NCBI GenBank assembly: GCA_010356995.1
Contig: ML996687.1
Span: 1,303,803 to 1,367,802, forward strand
Direction of reading: 5' to 3'
DNA: 64,000 bases
Source of the DNA: Trichodelitschia bisporula
Taxonomy: Eukaryota
A model generated the notes under the pieces. It had not been told where the DNA came from, searched no databases, and was given only the letters and a program-made list of their open reading frames with translations. Shown piece after piece: positions 60,642 to 64,000 of this stretch. The position numbers and the translations under genes were made by a program. Numbering within the stretch: position 1 is the first letter of the stretch; every line of letters begins with the position of its first letter.

Positions 60642-62920
60642 TCAAACAATCGTGATCTCGCGCCGCAGCATTCCAGCATCAGTATGATACGCTTCCTGCT
60701 CAGGCAGCGGATCATACATAATAGGATGCCGATGCGCTTTCCCATCCGCCAACCCGTGTGGCCGAATCCGTCCCCGGAGCGTCATCCGCTTCCCCAGTTG
60801 CTCCCACGACGGCTTCCTTAGCTCAAGATCCTCGGCGCAGTCGTACCCGAACCACGCACAGTCGTAGATCTCCGCATACCCAACCCGCCGGAATTCGTCA
60901 TCTTTTTCTGTAGGGAGCACTGCGAGTGCATGGACAATCTGCCGGTACACGCCGCGGCGGTTGAGTTTCGGCGTTGTGGCTATCGCGACGAACGTCACTG
61001 GTGTCTGGGGCGAGATCATCTCGTCCGGCATCCATTGTCCGGGTACGGCACAGACTGAGGAGCGGAATCGCGGCGCCTTGCTGGTAAGGAGGAGCATTGT
61101 GTCCAGGTCCATCAGGCGGACGGGTACCTTCCGGTCAGGCGCATTGTAGCGCAGGCCTTTGCCCTCGAAGAGTCGAACCGCCTCGGCGACTATACCGGGG
61201 TCTTGATTGTGGACATGCATGATACGGGTATCTGCGCGGAGGGTGATGGAGCCTGACGGATCATGGGGATTGTTTGCAGTCGAAAGGTTGACGAGCTCGC
61301 ACGCCGGATGGACTTTGCTAAATGGGTAAAAGGTGATGCGGTTGGCGAAAGAGGCCCAAGACCAAGACGGAGCTGTAGTGGGAGAAGCCCGTTTGGGGAG
61401 GTCCGCTTGCTCATGAATGTGGACCGAGGTGTGCATGGCAGGATTAGGCAAGATGGTGGACTGCAGGTACCAGAGCAACTCGCGATGATAGTGCTCTTTC
61501 CACAGCCCGGTGGTGTAGAGGGACTGAATCCTGCCTCCAACCGCCTCGGCAACACCAGCGATTGCCACGAGGCGATCACTGTACTGTGTCAACTCTCTTG
61601 CCATGTATTCCTGCACAACACTATGCCACAAGGAACACAGCGTGTCCGAGTCGAAGGTAAAGCAGGCGTTTGAAGTGGAATTGGCACCATGTTCCTCGAA
61701 GATGGCAATCTGTATATCTCGTATGTCGCTGCTGTGTCGCATGATTCCTTTTTCAGGATTCCGTTCAGAGCCGTATGTTGTAAGGCACTCCCACCGGAGA
61801 CAATCGGGGTCAAAAATCAACGTCCGCGGCGACAGAACCAGCTCTTGCAGCGTCCAACCTCGAGAGTAGAGCGGGAGGTCTTGCACATCCCAGGGAACCT
61901 CCGGGATCCCCATCGGTATGAACAAGGCGCGCTTTTCTCCGCTTATATACGCAAATGCAACCTCAAACGGCATGATCCGCAAACCGTTTCGCTGTCGGAA
62001 CAGCCCGCCCATAGAATCCGGAGAATGAGCAGACGCTATTGTGAATGCAGCTTTTTTGTATATATTGCACATTTGAACAGACTCTGCTTGCCAGTCCTCC
62101 TTCGAGTCTTGGATGATGCACAAAGAATCTATCCAGAGGTAACGCTCCCTCATGCGGCGGGTGACAAGCACAGCATCGCGAAAGACCTTTGGGATTTCAT
62201 TTAGGGGAATTCCGTTCATTCGGTCTGCAAGAGTATCGCTTTTTGTGGTGAGGGTTGGCGTTAAGCCCCAACGGTGGCTCAGGGCAACATACGATTTCTG
62301 GTATGGCTTGAAATCCGGAGTTCTGGTGTCGACAAGGCGTGGGTCTTCCGTTTCAGAGCCAACATCGATGACCCGTGAAGGAATAAACCCGTCCTTAAAC
62401 GGCTTGGGACAGTTTTTGTGGCCGGTACAACACTCTTGCATCCAAAAGTCGGCCATACGGAAGCTTGCTTCTGATCCCGTGTTCTCGTTTGGAAGTTGGG
62501 CGCATTCTTGAAGTACTTCAGGAAGCCCTTTCTGCACTTACACCTCCATGAGCTTTTATAACTCCTGGAGGTACAAAACATACCGGAATCCGCCCAGCCA
62601 TAGAACATTCCCGTCGTCCGCGGCTGAAAGAGGGGTTGCCCGCTGATATCGGCGAAGGACGCCCGCAAATTTGGCATATTTTGGTCGGGCTTCAGTTCCA
62701 GAGTAACCGTTGATTCATCCGTCAGCTTCTCTACCTCGTGCGGCCAGAGGCTGTGCCAGATGTTCAAGCATATCAAACATCGTGCCTCAGCACATCGCTT
62801 GAGCTCATCAGCATGATGGAGGGAGAACGAAAAATTTGGCCAAACGAAGGGCTCCCCGGGTTTCTGATCAGAGGAAGACAGAGCTTGCGCCGCAAATTCT
62901 TGACATTTGCGGCAGAGCAT
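60642..62920 (-). CDS. HET-domain (heterokaryon incompatibility) protein, ~743 aa
   Basis: N-terminal MLCxxC..CxIC, then PSRVIDV, YVALSHRWG, FRDAV, YLWIDSLCIIQD, MCNIY, RGWTLQE and SWSWAS. Intron 62537..62583 needs an AAG acceptor to keep frame. Confidence 0.93.
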
Positions 62921-64000
62921 GATGTCATGGTGAGTCCATAAGTTTCAAGAGGAGGAAGGGGGGAAATGGAGTCGCTAAAGAGGGGGGGGCTTGATGCGGC
63001 CGGCTTCACGTTGAACCGTCCGGACTGTGGCGCAGCAGGAAGGCTGTGAGCCGACAAGGCGATATCACGTGCATCACCCGGCTGAATGTCGTGAACTCTT
63101 CATTTCGAGCACTTTGCTGAGAAACAACGTTATGACTAGTGCAACTGAAGCAAAATACTGAGTTGAGAATGAATAGATGGCACAGACAGTCTTCAATCAG
63201 GTCGCAAGTGCGGAGCATGCCTTCCGTCGCAGCGCTGTTCAAATCTCCTTCCAAGTTCCTGGGCGACACTCGAGCTTCCTGGACTCTACAACGTCAACGC
63301 GTCAGCGCTTGCTCAGGTTTGAGGCGATCCGAGTTTTCCCGGGCGACTGGAATTCTGTGGGGATCTTGATATGCTCTCGATCCCTCAAATGGCGCACGGC
63401 TTAAACTCTATGGTTCGTGTGGAGCATATGGCAGGAGAACAAAGGCGAAGGACGTCGAAAGTTCGGTTGACGCAAGAGGGCGCAATTGCCTAGACTTTTA
63501 ATATGGCTTGTCAGCCTTCTTCATCCTTCCCGGTCTTTGACCACTCAAGTTCTACCAGGGTCTCCCGGGTCGGTTCGCCCCGTCCCTGGTCTTAAAACTC
63601 CCGAGTAAACGGCAGCTAACCTCATTTGGAAATCACTGCCAATAAGGCTGGTTCGGCACAGGGCGACGGAGTGCGTACGCTCACCTGCTGCTGGACTAAT
63701 CGTCCCTTATTTCGTTTCCTGGATAAGTGCATATGGGGCATCTTTTACGTCCAGCTATCAAAGAACGTGGAAAACTTGGTTGGTTATATAGCAGCTTCAT
63801 CTACGACGAGGAGCCAACTTAACGTGTTATCAGCCTCAATCAGGTCCGCCTGTTCCCGATCGGGAAAAGGTCAACGGCAAACCAAGCGGCACCATCTACG
63901 AACTATTACTTAGCCAATGTCCCCACATTATGTGTGGACGGTAAACGAAGAGCGATACTGGGTAGGTCATTTAGGGTGCCTCAATGTTCGGCGATCGTGC

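Overview
Intron-containing genomic DNA from a filamentous ascomycete (Pezizomycotina, inferred from GT..CTAAC..AG introns of mostly 40-60 nt, the U6 sequence and the gene families present). A compact housekeeping block at about 33.4-49.5 kb holds proteasome beta6, an HCNGP/SAP30BP-like gene, proteasome beta7, U6 snRNA, a Na/Ca exchanger, ERD1, ADE8 and ECM29. A second conserved group at 13.5-23.1 kb holds a C2-domain protein, a WW+PhoD-like protein, an ERG26-like SDR and ILM1. Accessory regions flank these. They contain a three-member Cys-rich single-pass membrane family (one intact gene, two pseudogenes), secreted low-complexity proteins, a class 3 lipase, a bZIP factor, a nonsense-disrupted intronless membrane gene, a degenerate 0.3-0.4 kb tandem repeat, two GGPPG[F/M]-repeat proteins and a HET-domain gene. 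There are four tRNA genes: Val-AAC and Lys-TTT with introns, Arg-ACG and Asp-GTC without. No intact transposon was recognised. The best leads for something undescribed are the proteasome beta6/beta7/ECM29 micro-cluster, the GGPPG-repeat genes near the HET gene, and the uncharacterised enzyme-like C-terminal domains of the C2 and WW-PhoD proteins. All family calls come from motif recognition by eye; no searches were run.
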